Below, one piece after another: positions 19,858-28,770 of a DNA stretch of 49,688 nt. Both the position numbers and the translations under genes were made by a program. How positions within the stretch are numbered: the stretch's first letter is position 1; every line of letters begins with the position of its first letter. The stretch is taken from the NCBI GenBank assembly GCA_002359085.1, contig DEQB01000035.1:1-49688 (forward strand), in the 5' to 3' direction. Below the pieces are notes generated by a model. It made no database searches and was not told where the DNA came from. It saw nothing but the letters and a program-made list of their open reading frames with translations. This DNA is from Erysipelothrix sp. UBA3377 (lineage in GTDB: Bacteria; Bacillota_I; Bacilli_A; Erysipelotrichales; Erysipelotrichaceae).

Positions 19858-20474
19858 AGTTGGTGTTTCTCCTTCAATGCTTCCAACAACACATAGGCAT
19901 CACTTTGATTACGTGCTGTTGAATGATATCTACCAAATAACAGTAATAAATAATGGGCTTTGGCCCAGTCTTTGGCTTCAAAGATATGCATTAGTTTTTT
20001 TTCTACTTCCAGTACGGAATCATTTTCGTTCGCAAAGCCCAGTCGCTTCGCTACCCTATCTACGTGTGTATCTACCGCTATGGCTGGTTTTTTAAAACCC
20101 ACCGCTAAGACCACATTGGCTGTTTTTCTTCCCACTCCAGGCAGTCTAATTAAGTCTGTGTATGTATCTGGCACAATACCATCATAATCAGAAACCAACA
20201 TTTGACTGGTTTCAAGTAAAAATCGCGCCTTATTGCGGTATAAACCCAGCGTCCTGATGTATGATTCAATATCTTTAACACTGGCCTTCGCCATCGAAAA
20301 CGCATCAGGATAAGCCTTAAAAAGGGCGGGTGTGACTTTATTCACCGCAACATCCGTTGCTTGCGCAGATAAAGTGACCGCAATCAAAAGCTGAAAATTA
20401 TCTTCAAAATAGAGTTCACTATCCGCATCAGGAAATTCTTTTTCTAATATATCGAGGATTTCTTGAGGTGTCAT
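19854..20474 (-). CDS. nth: Endonuclease III (no Fe-S cysteines)
   Basis: Motifs LSAQATD, HhH LPGVGRKTA and VDTHV. Follows dnaD. Confidence 0.95.
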   Translation of the reverse strand: MTPQEILDILEKEFPDADSELYFEDNFQLLIAVTLSAQATDVAVNKVTPALFKAYPDAFSMAKASVKDIESYIRTLGLYRNKARFLLETSQMLVSDYDGIVPDTYTDLIRLPGVGRKTANVVLAVGFKKPAIAVDTHVDRVAKRLGFANENDSVLEVEKKLMHIFEAKDWAKAHYLLLLFGRYHSTARNQSDAYVLLEALKEKHQL

Positions 20475-20983
20475 AATGACAGACCCTTTTCTTTACGGTT
20501 ATTAATTAGAATTGTATTAATATAGGGAAATGAAACTTTTTGATAAACAATGGCCGTTCTCAATGCCGCGATGATTTCATCTTGCGTATATTGATTCAAC
20601 CAACTGTTTAATCGCTCCAATTCATTTTGACTCAATGGCCGTGATAACTCACTTTCAAAAACTTCAAAAATATTTTCATCCACATATTCATAACGGACCC
20701 CTTCTTCAAACAAGCGATCCAAAATGAACTCAATACGATCCTTTAAAGGTTTAATCTCCAGAATGTTTTGACGCACCAATTGCTGGATTAAGGTATCCAC
20801 ACGATCTTGTTGAAGACCCGTTCTTTTTGCCAAAACAGAAGGGTCAATACTGACATTCAAGCCATTTAAATAATCTATCATTAAGATTAATAGTGCTTGA
20901 TCCGGTGAAATATGTAAAAGACTTAAATTCTCTAAAACCCAATCTCTACGGTTCACATAAGGTTTTTTATACCACATACTCAT
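20471..20983 (-). CDS. dnaD: DnaD domain protein
   Basis: Motif FESELSRPLS...ELERLNSW...YINTIL. dnaD-nth synteny. Confidence 0.85.
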   Translation of the reverse strand: MSMWYKKPYVNRRDWVLENLSLLHISPDQALLILMIDYLNGLNVSIDPSVLAKRTGLQQDRVDTLIQQLVRQNILEIKPLKDRIEFILDRLFEEGVRYEYVDENIFEVFESELSRPLSQNELERLNSWLNQYTQDEIIAALRTAIVYQKVSFPYINTILINNRKEKGLSL

Positions 20984-21429
20984 CTGCCTCCAAACTCAAA
21001 TACAACTTCTAATGTTTCAATATTTAAATATACGAATTGTAATTCACTCTCAAGCGCAAATACGATTTGTTTATCATAAACCCCATACATAACTTCATCT
21101 TGATCAAAACCCAACAAAGATGCGGTTTCATACACGCTATCAAGTGCAATATAGTCTGTTTTATCGAATTGATTTAATGCTTGATTGAACCAATACATAT
21201 CACGTCCCAAACGCACAATATAATAGGTATCATCCAAGGAGAAACGATTCAATAAGGTTACGTTCTCTAAATTATGTTGCGTTTCAAACGCTTCAACATA
21301 TAAATGATCTTCATGCTCATGGGCACGATTGGGACCCGCTATAAAACCGACATGAAAAAGCAGTAATATAAAAATGATTACCAAAATTAAAAACATATTT
21401 AACAGAATATTTTTAACACGCTTGTTCAT
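20980..21429 (-). CDS. Membrane-anchored protein, probable YpmB/TseB-like
   Basis: Single N-terminal TM. PepSY-like YGVYDKQIVF...YLNIET. Lies upstream of dnaD, as ypmB does in Bacilli. Confidence 0.5.
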   Translation of the reverse strand: MNKRVKNILLNMFLILVIIFILLLFHVGFIAGPNRAHEHEDHLYVEAFETQHNLENVTLLNRFSLDDTYYIVRLGRDMYWFNQALNQFDKTDYIALDSVYETASLLGFDQDEVMYGVYDKQIVFALESELQFVYLNIETLEVVFEFGGR

Positions 21430-21456
21430 AATTACCTCATTAATATCTTATCACGA

Positions 21457-22404
21457 CTATAACAATTTCCCAACATTTTTAAGGCGAATATCAATCTCAC
21501 CATTGTCTTTTTCTTCAACTTCTAAAACAGCATCCACATCCAATTCATCCAAGGGTAATACGATTTCTAAACCCTTCTCTGTTACAATACGATGTTTGCG
21601 TCGACTGCTCAGACGATTGACCGCCGTTGACTCAACCCAAGCAGGTAGATGGGTTTCCATAATGGTATCATCCACAAAGTTCTTTTCTTCATCACTTAAA
21701 TCTTCAAAGACGGTTGTGATGATACGTTTGGTTTCAACTTCATCAAAAAGTTCAGCATGCTCTAAAACAACTTGCTTGGAACGAATCTTATCTTCCAAAA
21801 TATTGGAGTCTCTTTGAGTCGCTAAATAATCAACCATCACATCCACGATTTCTAAGGTTCTCTTCGCATTGGGGATCGTTTCAAACTTCAAAACAGATTC
21901 CAGTTGTTCTTGGGTTGCCATACTCAATTTCACGAAGAACTCCCCACTCTCTAGATCGAATGCGAAAGCAGTTTTAATGCTTGCGAAAGAATCGCTGAGA
22001 ATGCCCATACTCTGTTCGATATCGTCTGATACTTTTAAATAACCTGCACGACCCATGACTTCAAACATCACAAATTCAACACTGTCTTCAGTGTCAATCA
22101 TCGCAAAGATGAGATTTAATGAAGTATAGGTTGTACTACCAACATAATCATCAAACCATGCTTGCGCAATGCTTTTTGATAGGTCCATGAATTCAAAGTC
22201 ACGACTTCCAATAGAGGAGTACAACATACTTTCTTCATGTAAAAGCCCCTTAGAGACTGTATTTGATTTCTTAAATGCGTTGAATAACTTAAGAATATAA
22301 GTATCCAATTCAACATTTTGATTTAAATTTACTTGTTTTTCACTCAAAACTACCGTATTTAACTGATTGTCTACTGAGTGTATCACTACTTTTATTACTG
22401 ACAT
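21457..22404 (-). CDS. Nucleoid-associated protein (NA37/YejK-like)
   Basis: N-terminal VVIHSVD and C-terminal RKHRIVTEKGLEIVLP...NGEIDIRLKNV, typical of Firmicute nucleoid-associated proteins. Confidence 0.7.
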   Translation of the reverse strand: MSVIKVVIHSVDNQLNTVVLSEKQVNLNQNVELDTYILKLFNAFKKSNTVSKGLLHEESMLYSSIGSRDFEFMDLSKSIAQAWFDDYVGSTTYTSLNLIFAMIDTEDSVEFVMFEVMGRAGYLKVSDDIEQSMGILSDSFASIKTAFAFDLESGEFFVKLSMATQEQLESVLKFETIPNAKRTLEIVDVMVDYLATQRDSNILEDKIRSKQVVLEHAELFDEVETKRIITTVFEDLSDEEKNFVDDTIMETHLPAWVESTAVNRLSSRRKHRIVTEKGLEIVLPLDELDVDAVLEVEEKDNGEIDIRLKNVGKLL

Positions 22405-22430
22405 TTTATCACCGCTTCTATCATATCACT

Positions 22431-22456
22431 AAAAACACACCCTGAGGTGTGTTTTT
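22431..22456 (-). terminator. Terminator after gpmI (potentially bidirectional)
   Basis: AAAAACACACC-CTGA-GGTGTGTTTTT. Confidence 0.8.
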
Positions 22457-22458
22457 CA

Positions 22459-24024
22459 TTAAACTTTTTCGATTAAACTTTCTTCCCAAGATTCATGGGG
22501 TTCAAAGCCTAACAGGTCAGCAACCGTTGCAGCAACATTTGCCAAACCAAATTTTCCATCTTTCAACTTAACATCATTGTTATAAACAATAAATGGCACT
22601 GGCATTAATGAGTGGGATGTTTTGGGATTACCCTTCTTATCAATCATCTCATCGGCATTACCGTGGTCAGCCAATACAATTAAGGTTGCATTATTGCGAC
22701 GCACTGCTGGTAATAATCTTTGGATTGCCAAGTCAACAGCTTCTACTGAAACCACAACACTTAAGAAGTTACCGGTATGTCCTACCATATCTCCATTTGG
22801 ATAGTTAATTCTGATGAAATCATATTCTTTTGAATCCAATGCTTCAATTACTGCATCCGTAATTTCTGCGGATTTCATCCAAGGTCTTTGATCAAAGGTA
22901 ACATCGTCACCTTTAATTTCTACCCAAGTTTCATGGGTATCACTGATTTTCTCAGAACGGTTACCATTCCAGAAATAAGTCATATGACCAAATTTTTGAG
23001 TTTCTGAAATCGCAAAGGTATTGAGATCGTTTTTAACCATAGATTCAGTTAATGTATTTTCAATATGTGGTGGCACTACCAAGTAATGTTCTGGAATATG
23101 TAAGTCACCATCGTATTGTAACATTCCTGCATACTTCACTTGAGGCACTTGTCCACGATCGAAGTAATCAAAGGAAGCGTCTCCTTCAAAGGTTTTTGAA
23201 ATTTCAAGTGCTCTGTCCCCTCTAAAGTTGAAGAAAATCACACTGTCACCATCCAATACAGGCGCAACGGCTTGTCCATCTTTTGCGACAACCCATGCTG
23301 GTACGTACTGATCAGATAAGAGTTCTTCTGATTCATTACGGTATGTGGTAATGGCTTCGGTTGCACTTGAGAATTGACGTGCAGTCCCTTTAACATGGGT
23401 ATTCCATCCCATTTCAACCATACCCCAGTCTGCATCGTAACGGTCCATCGTTACCAACATTCTACCGCCACCTGATGCAATGAAACTTTCAAAAGTATCG
23501 TCATTCAGTTCAGCCATTAAAGCTTCCACTGTATCAATATAAGTCAATGCTGACTGTTGTTCAACATCACGACCATCACTCAACGCATGAAGCGCTACTC
23601 GTTTGATACCATCTGCTTTTGCACGTCTCAACATTGCCAAAACATGATCAATATGTGAGTGAACATTTCCATCTGATAATAGACCAATCAAATGCAGTGT
23701 TTGACCCTCAAGATCCTCACAAAGCCACTTCCAAGTTGGACTCTCAAAAATTTGACCACTTGCGATTGACTCATTTACCAATTTTGCACCTTGCGCATAG
23801 ACTTGTCCAGCACCCAGGGCATTATGTCCTACTTCAGAATTCCCCATGTCATCATCACTGGGAAGTCCCACAGCACTACCATGTGCTTTCAATTGAATAT
23901 TTGGGCATTCCGCCATCAATTTATCTAAGGTAGGCGTATACGCTTGTTTGACTGCGTTTCCCTCAACGACATCACTCAAACCAACACCATCCATAACAAC
24001 CAATACTACAGGATTATTTTTCAT
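22459..24024 (-). CDS. gpmI: 2,3-bisphosphoglycerate-independent phosphoglycerate mutase
   Basis: Motifs DG, MGNSEVGH, SDGNVHSH, DGRD, NFRGDR, DMVGHTG and ADHGN. Confidence 0.97.
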   Translation of the reverse strand: MKNNPVVLVVMDGVGLSDVVEGNAVKQAYTPTLDKLMAECPNIQLKAHGSAVGLPSDDDMGNSEVGHNALGAGQVYAQGAKLVNESIASGQIFESPTWKWLCEDLEGQTLHLIGLLSDGNVHSHIDHVLAMLRRAKADGIKRVALHALSDGRDVEQQSALTYIDTVEALMAELNDDTFESFIASGGGRMLVTMDRYDADWGMVEMGWNTHVKGTARQFSSATEAITTYRNESEELLSDQYVPAWVVAKDGQAVAPVLDGDSVIFFNFRGDRALEISKTFEGDASFDYFDRGQVPQVKYAGMLQYDGDLHIPEHYLVVPPHIENTLTESMVKNDLNTFAISETQKFGHMTYFWNGNRSEKISDTHETWVEIKGDDVTFDQRPWMKSAEITDAVIEALDSKEYDFIRINYPNGDMVGHTGNFLSVVVSVEAVDLAIQRLLPAVRRNNATLIVLADHGNADEMIDKKGNPKTSHSLMPVPFIVYNNDVKLKDGKFGLANVAATVADLLGFEPHESWEESLIEKV

Positions 24025-24113
24025 AATTTCCTCCTTAACTCTTTATTCATTATACAACGATTCAAGCACAAATTAAATATCAAAACACAATGTAACCGCA
24101 TCCACTCGTGAAT

Positions 24114-24144
24114 AAAAAAACAGTTAGTTGAAAAACTAACTGTT
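24114..24144 (-). terminator. Terminator of the glucosaminidase/anchor operon
   Basis: AACAGTTAGTT-N3-AACTAACTGTT plus T-tract, overlapping the stop codon. Confidence 0.8.
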
Positions 24145-25626
24145 CATATCACTTCTTCTTCTAAATAGTTCATTAAACTGCTTGGCTTTTCTTCGATATA
24201 CAAAAACCATCGTCAATACCAACGCTCCTAAAACTCCACTTACAACTTGATAAATCAAAATCTCATTGGAAACCTTTTGAACATCAAACGCCACATAAGC
24301 AATTTCACCTTCACCATTCATATTAATATGAGCCAAACGAACCTCGCCATTTTCATCAATAACATGGGTAAACAAACTCTCTTCATCATTAACCCAACCA
24401 TGAGCTTGTGTTTTAAAGTTCAAATCCATACCAAACTCAGTAAAAACATCCAAACTTGGCATGTCTAACAATGTATAAGGATTACCCCCATACGTTGGCG
24501 ACAACACACCTTCTTCAAGATCCAACTCCTGATCCACAACCATCACAACATGGTCATCATCACTAACCAAGATTACTTCATGTAAGACAGTTTTATCTTC
24601 GTCAATCAAAAGCCACTTAGCTTCACCCGCATCATTGGAGACCAACACTAACTTATTCTCACCATATTGGTAATAATAATCTAAGGCATCCTCATCCTCA
24701 AAGTACGTCACCTCAAACCCATAAGGTTTAAACAACGCATCCAGTAAAGCATCATTTAAGAAAGTATAACTCTCATCACCCACTTGATACGACACATCAC
24801 TCTCATCAGCCATGGTCACATTAATAATATAGGTCTGTTCAACTTCGCCTTCACTCGCTTTAACACGCACCTCAACCTTGTCATGACCATTATCAAGTTT
24901 ATACATCTGCGTATAATCCATATCAACATCATCATTCGTCGGATTCATGATCAATTTAAAAGCATTCACACCTCTGGGTAAAACCAATCCATATTCAAAA
25001 GTATTTTCTTTTGTTTCAACAGAACCAACCAACTTACCCTTCAAACGCGTCGCCTCAGAGAATATCTCAATTGAAGACACAACTGGTATCTTCATCTTTG
25101 CCTCTAATTCTCTAGCAGCTTTCTCTTCAGGAGTTTCTGCTTTCGGCAATTCTGGATTGTAGATATTGTTTCCTGGATCAGCGGTTCCTGACCCACCACC
25201 GGAACCTGAACCACCACCAGGGTTTGTTGAAGGTTTTGGACTTACAGTCACAGTCACCTTATTACCGTTCATATTTAATAAAGTACCATCATCTGCTTCG
25301 GAAGCTAAATCTGTCAAAGTAATCGTTGCAGTTCCTACTTTCTTTGCAGTATAGGTAAAAGTCATTCGTGCGGGGTCATCAGCAGAAGATGTATACGATG
25401 TAACACCGCTTATAACACTGGTATCAGAGATAGCCATGCGTATATTGTAATATGCTCGCTTAGATTGACCTGAGTCTACAATAATTGTAAATGTATCCCC
25501 AGGATAAAGTGTCGCAGAAGAACTTCTTCTAATAGATCCTGCTGCATGCACAACCCCTGTAAAAAGTAGTATCATCATCGCAAAAAGCGTCGTAATTTTA
25601 ATTGTCTTTTTTATTAATTTTACCAT
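24136..25626 (-). CDS. Membrane-anchored surface protein: cohesin-like N-terminal beta-sandwich, Gly/Pro linker, cadherin-like beta-sandwich, C-terminal TM
   Basis: Signal peptide ending VHA. Motifs GDTFTIIV...FTYTAKKVGTATITL, GGGSGSGGGSG linker and FEYGLVLP...LDNGHDKVEVRVKASEG...TYIINVT. C-terminal TM plus RRK tail, no LPxTG. Confidence 0.7.
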   Translation of the reverse strand: MVKLIKKTIKITTLFAMMILLFTGVVHAAGSIRRSSSATLYPGDTFTIIVDSGQSKRAYYNIRMAISDTSVISGVTSYTSSADDPARMTFTYTAKKVGTATITLTDLASEADDGTLLNMNGNKVTVTVSPKPSTNPGGGSGSGGGSGTADPGNNIYNPELPKAETPEEKAARELEAKMKIPVVSSIEIFSEATRLKGKLVGSVETKENTFEYGLVLPRGVNAFKLIMNPTNDDVDMDYTQMYKLDNGHDKVEVRVKASEGEVEQTYIINVTMADESDVSYQVGDESYTFLNDALLDALFKPYGFEVTYFEDEDALDYYYQYGENKLVLVSNDAGEAKWLLIDEDKTVLHEVILVSDDDHVVMVVDQELDLEEGVLSPTYGGNPYTLLDMPSLDVFTEFGMDLNFKTQAHGWVNDEESLFTHVIDENGEVRLAHINMNGEGEIAYVAFDVQKVSNEILIYQVVSGVLGALVLTMVFVYRRKAKQFNELFRRRSDMNS

Positions 25627-27758
25627 CCGTTAATTAATTCCTTTCCTGTCAGGTGTTGATGAATAACTCTTAAATCACCGATGGTTATTCTGTTATCTCC
25701 GTTTAAATCCGCCAATCCAATTTGTTCAGATGTCATCGTTTTCTTACCCGTTAAATGTTGATGAATTATTCTTAAGTCTCCAATCGTAAGTCTGTTATCT
25801 TTATTTAAATCACCTACTTTAAAATTTGGCGTAGGCTCTGGATCTGGTTTCGGATCTGGATCTGGAAGATCTCCACCGCCACTATTACCACCAATTGCGA
25901 TACCACCTTTTGTTAGAGATAAATGGTCTAGACTTAGGTAACCAATGTAATTACGGTTGCCATCGTTATATATTACTTGGAACCAACCGTTGTTTGTTTT
26001 ATAACCTGTAAGTTTTGTATCTTTGGGTATTGTCAATATAGCACTGTAATCTGTGGACCAATCAGGTCTTAAGTTTAAGTTTGATAGTGTGTATACGGTT
26101 GTTTGTGTAGATTCAAAACCAGGTGTTTCCTTCATAGTTGGATTGGTTTGAGTCAGTAAAGTACTATCGGTACCTGTAAATACAACGTCAACCAGTGTTG
26201 CGCTAATATAAATCTGTGAATTGTTGATGTTGAATTGAGCACGTCTGTTTGAGCCGTCAGTTTTCCATGGTAGTAACTTTTTATTTGAACCCAGTAAATG
26301 CTCAGAAGTTATTCGATACCAAGTGGTGTTGTTATCTGATCCTACCGCTTGACCCGTTATAGTATCCGTAATAAGCACAGGAATGCCATAATATTTAACT
26401 GTATAAACAACATTAGAATCATTTGCGATTGATGCGGTATTTCTCGTTCTCGCACTGTGACTGTTAACAATCCCTATTGTGTAACGCCCATAGTCTTTGA
26501 ACCCTGCGAGTTTGTCCATTGCGTAGTAGTGGTTTGCGATTTTTTCACCCCAATAAGGATCGGATGCATACTTAACATTCATACCCAATGCTTTATTACC
26601 TACGAATCCTCCGAAATAAAGGGGGTTATTCCCAGGATCTCCATCAATATAGTTCCAGTTCCAAAAAGTTGAGAAATGACGTTCTATGGCGAGTCCAGGA
26701 CTAGCATAAGTGGAGGCTGAACCCGGTGATGAATCATAAGCGGAGTGTCCAAAAAAGTTATTACGATTGACCGCAAAGTTTGCGCCACCATAGGCACTCT
26801 CATGAACTCCAGTTGAAAATGCGAGTGCTGCATTGCCTCCGTATAAGTTTCCATAATCAATAAAGAGTTGTTCCATTTCATACATTCTGGATTTGTAAGT
26901 ATTGTTGTAGTTCGCTCTAACGAGATAGTTTCTCAAGTCGGTTGCTGTAAGCTTCGTTTGCGCACGTGCAGGTAACCATTGGAAGTAATTGTAATAAGGC
27001 GCATCAGGATTAACTGAATGCGTTCTAATACCAGCCTTATAATCACTTACAAGGTGCGTATAACCTGCAACTGAGTTTTCATAGAAATAGTGTCCATCAA
27101 ATGATAAATATAACGTATTCGCTTGGATATAGTCGGGTGCTTTACCTTGAACCAATGCTCCAGATCCGTATCGGTTTGTTGTATCCGTTGCATCGTATTT
27201 GATGTAGTGAACCAACTCATTCTCACTATTTCTAGTATAGTAGTTATAGTTCGCATTGGTTGAAAAGTCACTTGTTTTAAACTTTGTTGTTTTATCAATC
27301 CAGCCCACAATACCGGCAAGCGCAATTTGATAACGGTTCTCTGTTTCATCAATCACCGCTACAACACCCGAATAAGATTTACCATCTGATACATATGTAT
27401 ACGCTGAAGTTGTTGTTGCATTTTTGTATATATTGACTGTGTTATTACCGGAACCTGTAAAAGTTCCAAGTTTTAAATTAGGAGTACTCAACAAAGAGAA
27501 AGTTCTCGCTCTGAACAATGGTTCTTTCACGCTTTCGATTTCTTGATCCCCAAGAACATATTCAACTTCTGTTTGAAGATTTGGCATAATGGTCAGTCCT
27601 TTTCCTACATCGATGGTTTCTGTTTCAACTGTTTCCGATAAAGTTTGCACATCAGTAACACTTGAAACATCATTAAAACCCTGTGCAAAAGTTACGACAG
27701 GTATCGTTAATGCAAGCATCGTTAGGAATAAAAGTAGTTTTTTAAGATTTGTTAACAT
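25620..27758 (-). CDS. Secreted GH73 endo-beta-N-acetylglucosaminidase (autolysin) with SH3-like domains and a C-terminal dockerin
   Basis: Signal peptide. GH73 motifs HESAYG, NNFFGHSAYDSSP and GMNVKYASDPYWGEKIA. SH3b (LNLR...GWFQV...GYLS). PDP linker. Duplicated DLNxDNRxTIGDLR dockerin motif. Confidence 0.9.
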   Translation of the reverse strand: MLTNLKKLLLFLTMLALTIPVVTFAQGFNDVSSVTDVQTLSETVETETIDVGKGLTIMPNLQTEVEYVLGDQEIESVKEPLFRARTFSLLSTPNLKLGTFTGSGNNTVNIYKNATTTSAYTYVSDGKSYSGVVAVIDETENRYQIALAGIVGWIDKTTKFKTSDFSTNANYNYYTRNSENELVHYIKYDATDTTNRYGSGALVQGKAPDYIQANTLYLSFDGHYFYENSVAGYTHLVSDYKAGIRTHSVNPDAPYYNYFQWLPARAQTKLTATDLRNYLVRANYNNTYKSRMYEMEQLFIDYGNLYGGNAALAFSTGVHESAYGGANFAVNRNNFFGHSAYDSSPGSASTYASPGLAIERHFSTFWNWNYIDGDPGNNPLYFGGFVGNKALGMNVKYASDPYWGEKIANHYYAMDKLAGFKDYGRYTIGIVNSHSARTRNTASIANDSNVVYTVKYYGIPVLITDTITGQAVGSDNNTTWYRITSEHLLGSNKKLLPWKTDGSNRRAQFNINNSQIYISATLVDVVFTGTDSTLLTQTNPTMKETPGFESTQTTVYTLSNLNLRPDWSTDYSAILTIPKDTKLTGYKTNNGWFQVIYNDGNRNYIGYLSLDHLSLTKGGIAIGGNSGGGDLPDPDPKPDPEPTPNFKVGDLNKDNRLTIGDLRIIHQHLTGKKTMTSEQIGLADLNGDNRITIGDLRVIHQHLTGKELINGW
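25654..25811 (-). repeat. Internal duplication (102-bp period) encoding the two dockerin halves
   Basis: tgttgatgaat...tctgttatct...tttaaatc occurs at 25654-25709 and again at 25756-25811. Confidence 0.9.
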
Positions 27759-27878
27759 GTTATCACCTTTTATATTTTATCATAGTGGGCTTTTGTTTGT
27801 GTGAATTTTACATAATTATCATAATATAATGTATTTTATCAAATTTGTGATATATTAATAACCAACGGAGGTATTCAT

Positions 27879-28574
27879 ATGAATCAAAGTAATTCTATTA
27901 AAAATAAATCAATAGTTGATAGCGATGAAACAATGACCAATAACATTCAACTCTCCTTTGGAGAAGAACTTGGAAATAGTATATCCCATGGCGTCATGAG
28001 CGTTTTACTCTTGTTTTCACTGCCTTTAGTTTCCATGTTTGGTTACGCAAAGGGTGGTTTTGTACTGGGTACAGGATATGGCATTTTTGTGATATCCCTG
28101 TTCTTAATGTTTACAGGGTCTACCCTCTACCATGCGATGGCTTATGAAACAAAACATAAGTATGTGTTCAGAATACTGGATCATATATTTATTTATGTCG
28201 CCATTGCGGGAAGTTATACACCCGTTTGTCTATACGTAATTGGTGGCACCTTTGGATATGTGCTTTTATTCTTACAATGGAGCATGGTTTTGATTGGTAT
28301 TCTTTATAAATCGATTGCCCGAAAATCAATTCCCAAACTATCCGTCACAATCTATCTGATAATGGGTTGGACCGCAATTGTTGCGCTACCCACCTTGATC
28401 AGAAATTCAAACGCTTGGTTTTTATCCTTAATTGTTTTGGGTGGTGTTCTGTATAGTGTGGGTGCATGGTTCTATATGCAAAAGGATCGTCCTTATTTCC
28501 ACTTTATTTGGCACTTGTTTATCATTGCTGCTTCAATTGCACACTTTATTGCTATTATTTTCTTTATCGGATAA
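27879..28574 (+). CDS. Hemolysin III / PAQR family membrane protein (TrhA-like)
   Basis: Motifs EELGNSISHG, STLYH, LDHIFIYVAIAGSYTP and HFIWHLF. About 7 TMs. Confidence 0.93.
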   Translation: MNQSNSIKNKSIVDSDETMTNNIQLSFGEELGNSISHGVMSVLLLFSLPLVSMFGYAKGGFVLGTGYGIFVISLFLMFTGSTLYHAMAYETKHKYVFRILDHIFIYVAIAGSYTPVCLYVIGGTFGYVLLFLQWSMVLIGILYKSIARKSIPKLSVTIYLIMGWTAIVALPTLIRNSNAWFLSLIVLGGVLYSVGAWFYMQKDRPYFHFIWHLFIIAASIAHFIAIIFFIG

Positions 28575-28770
28575 TACGTAAAACCTTAATGGTTTGATGT
28601 TCCCAAAGAAACAATATACGCCAAGGTCCCGTCTTAAAGACGTGGCCTTTTTTTTCTAAAGGTTCACTGTGCACATACTTCTTTTCAAAATAATCCAGTA
28701 ACATATGACTTTGAACTTTGTCTTGTGACTTTAAATCTTCAAGGACTTGGGCATCATATAAGAAGGTCAT
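28564..28770 (-). CDS. Putative short/degenerate RelE/ParE-like toxin
   Basis: 68 aa with an ATGA overlap to the upstream antitoxin. Pattern EDLKSQDK...FKTGPWRILF...IKVLRI resembles RelE (DLKKLDK...RVGDYRII...VLVI). Confidence 0.5.
   Translation of the reverse strand: MTFLYDAQVLEDLKSQDKVQSHMLLDYFEKKYVHSEPLEKKGHVFKTGPWRILFLWEHQTIKVLRIIR

Noticed and set aside
25837..25866. TCTGGA tandem repeats, and the Gly-codon repeats near 25185-25222
   Set aside because: They encode Pro-Asp and Gly-Ser linkers. They are not CRISPR or contingency repeats.
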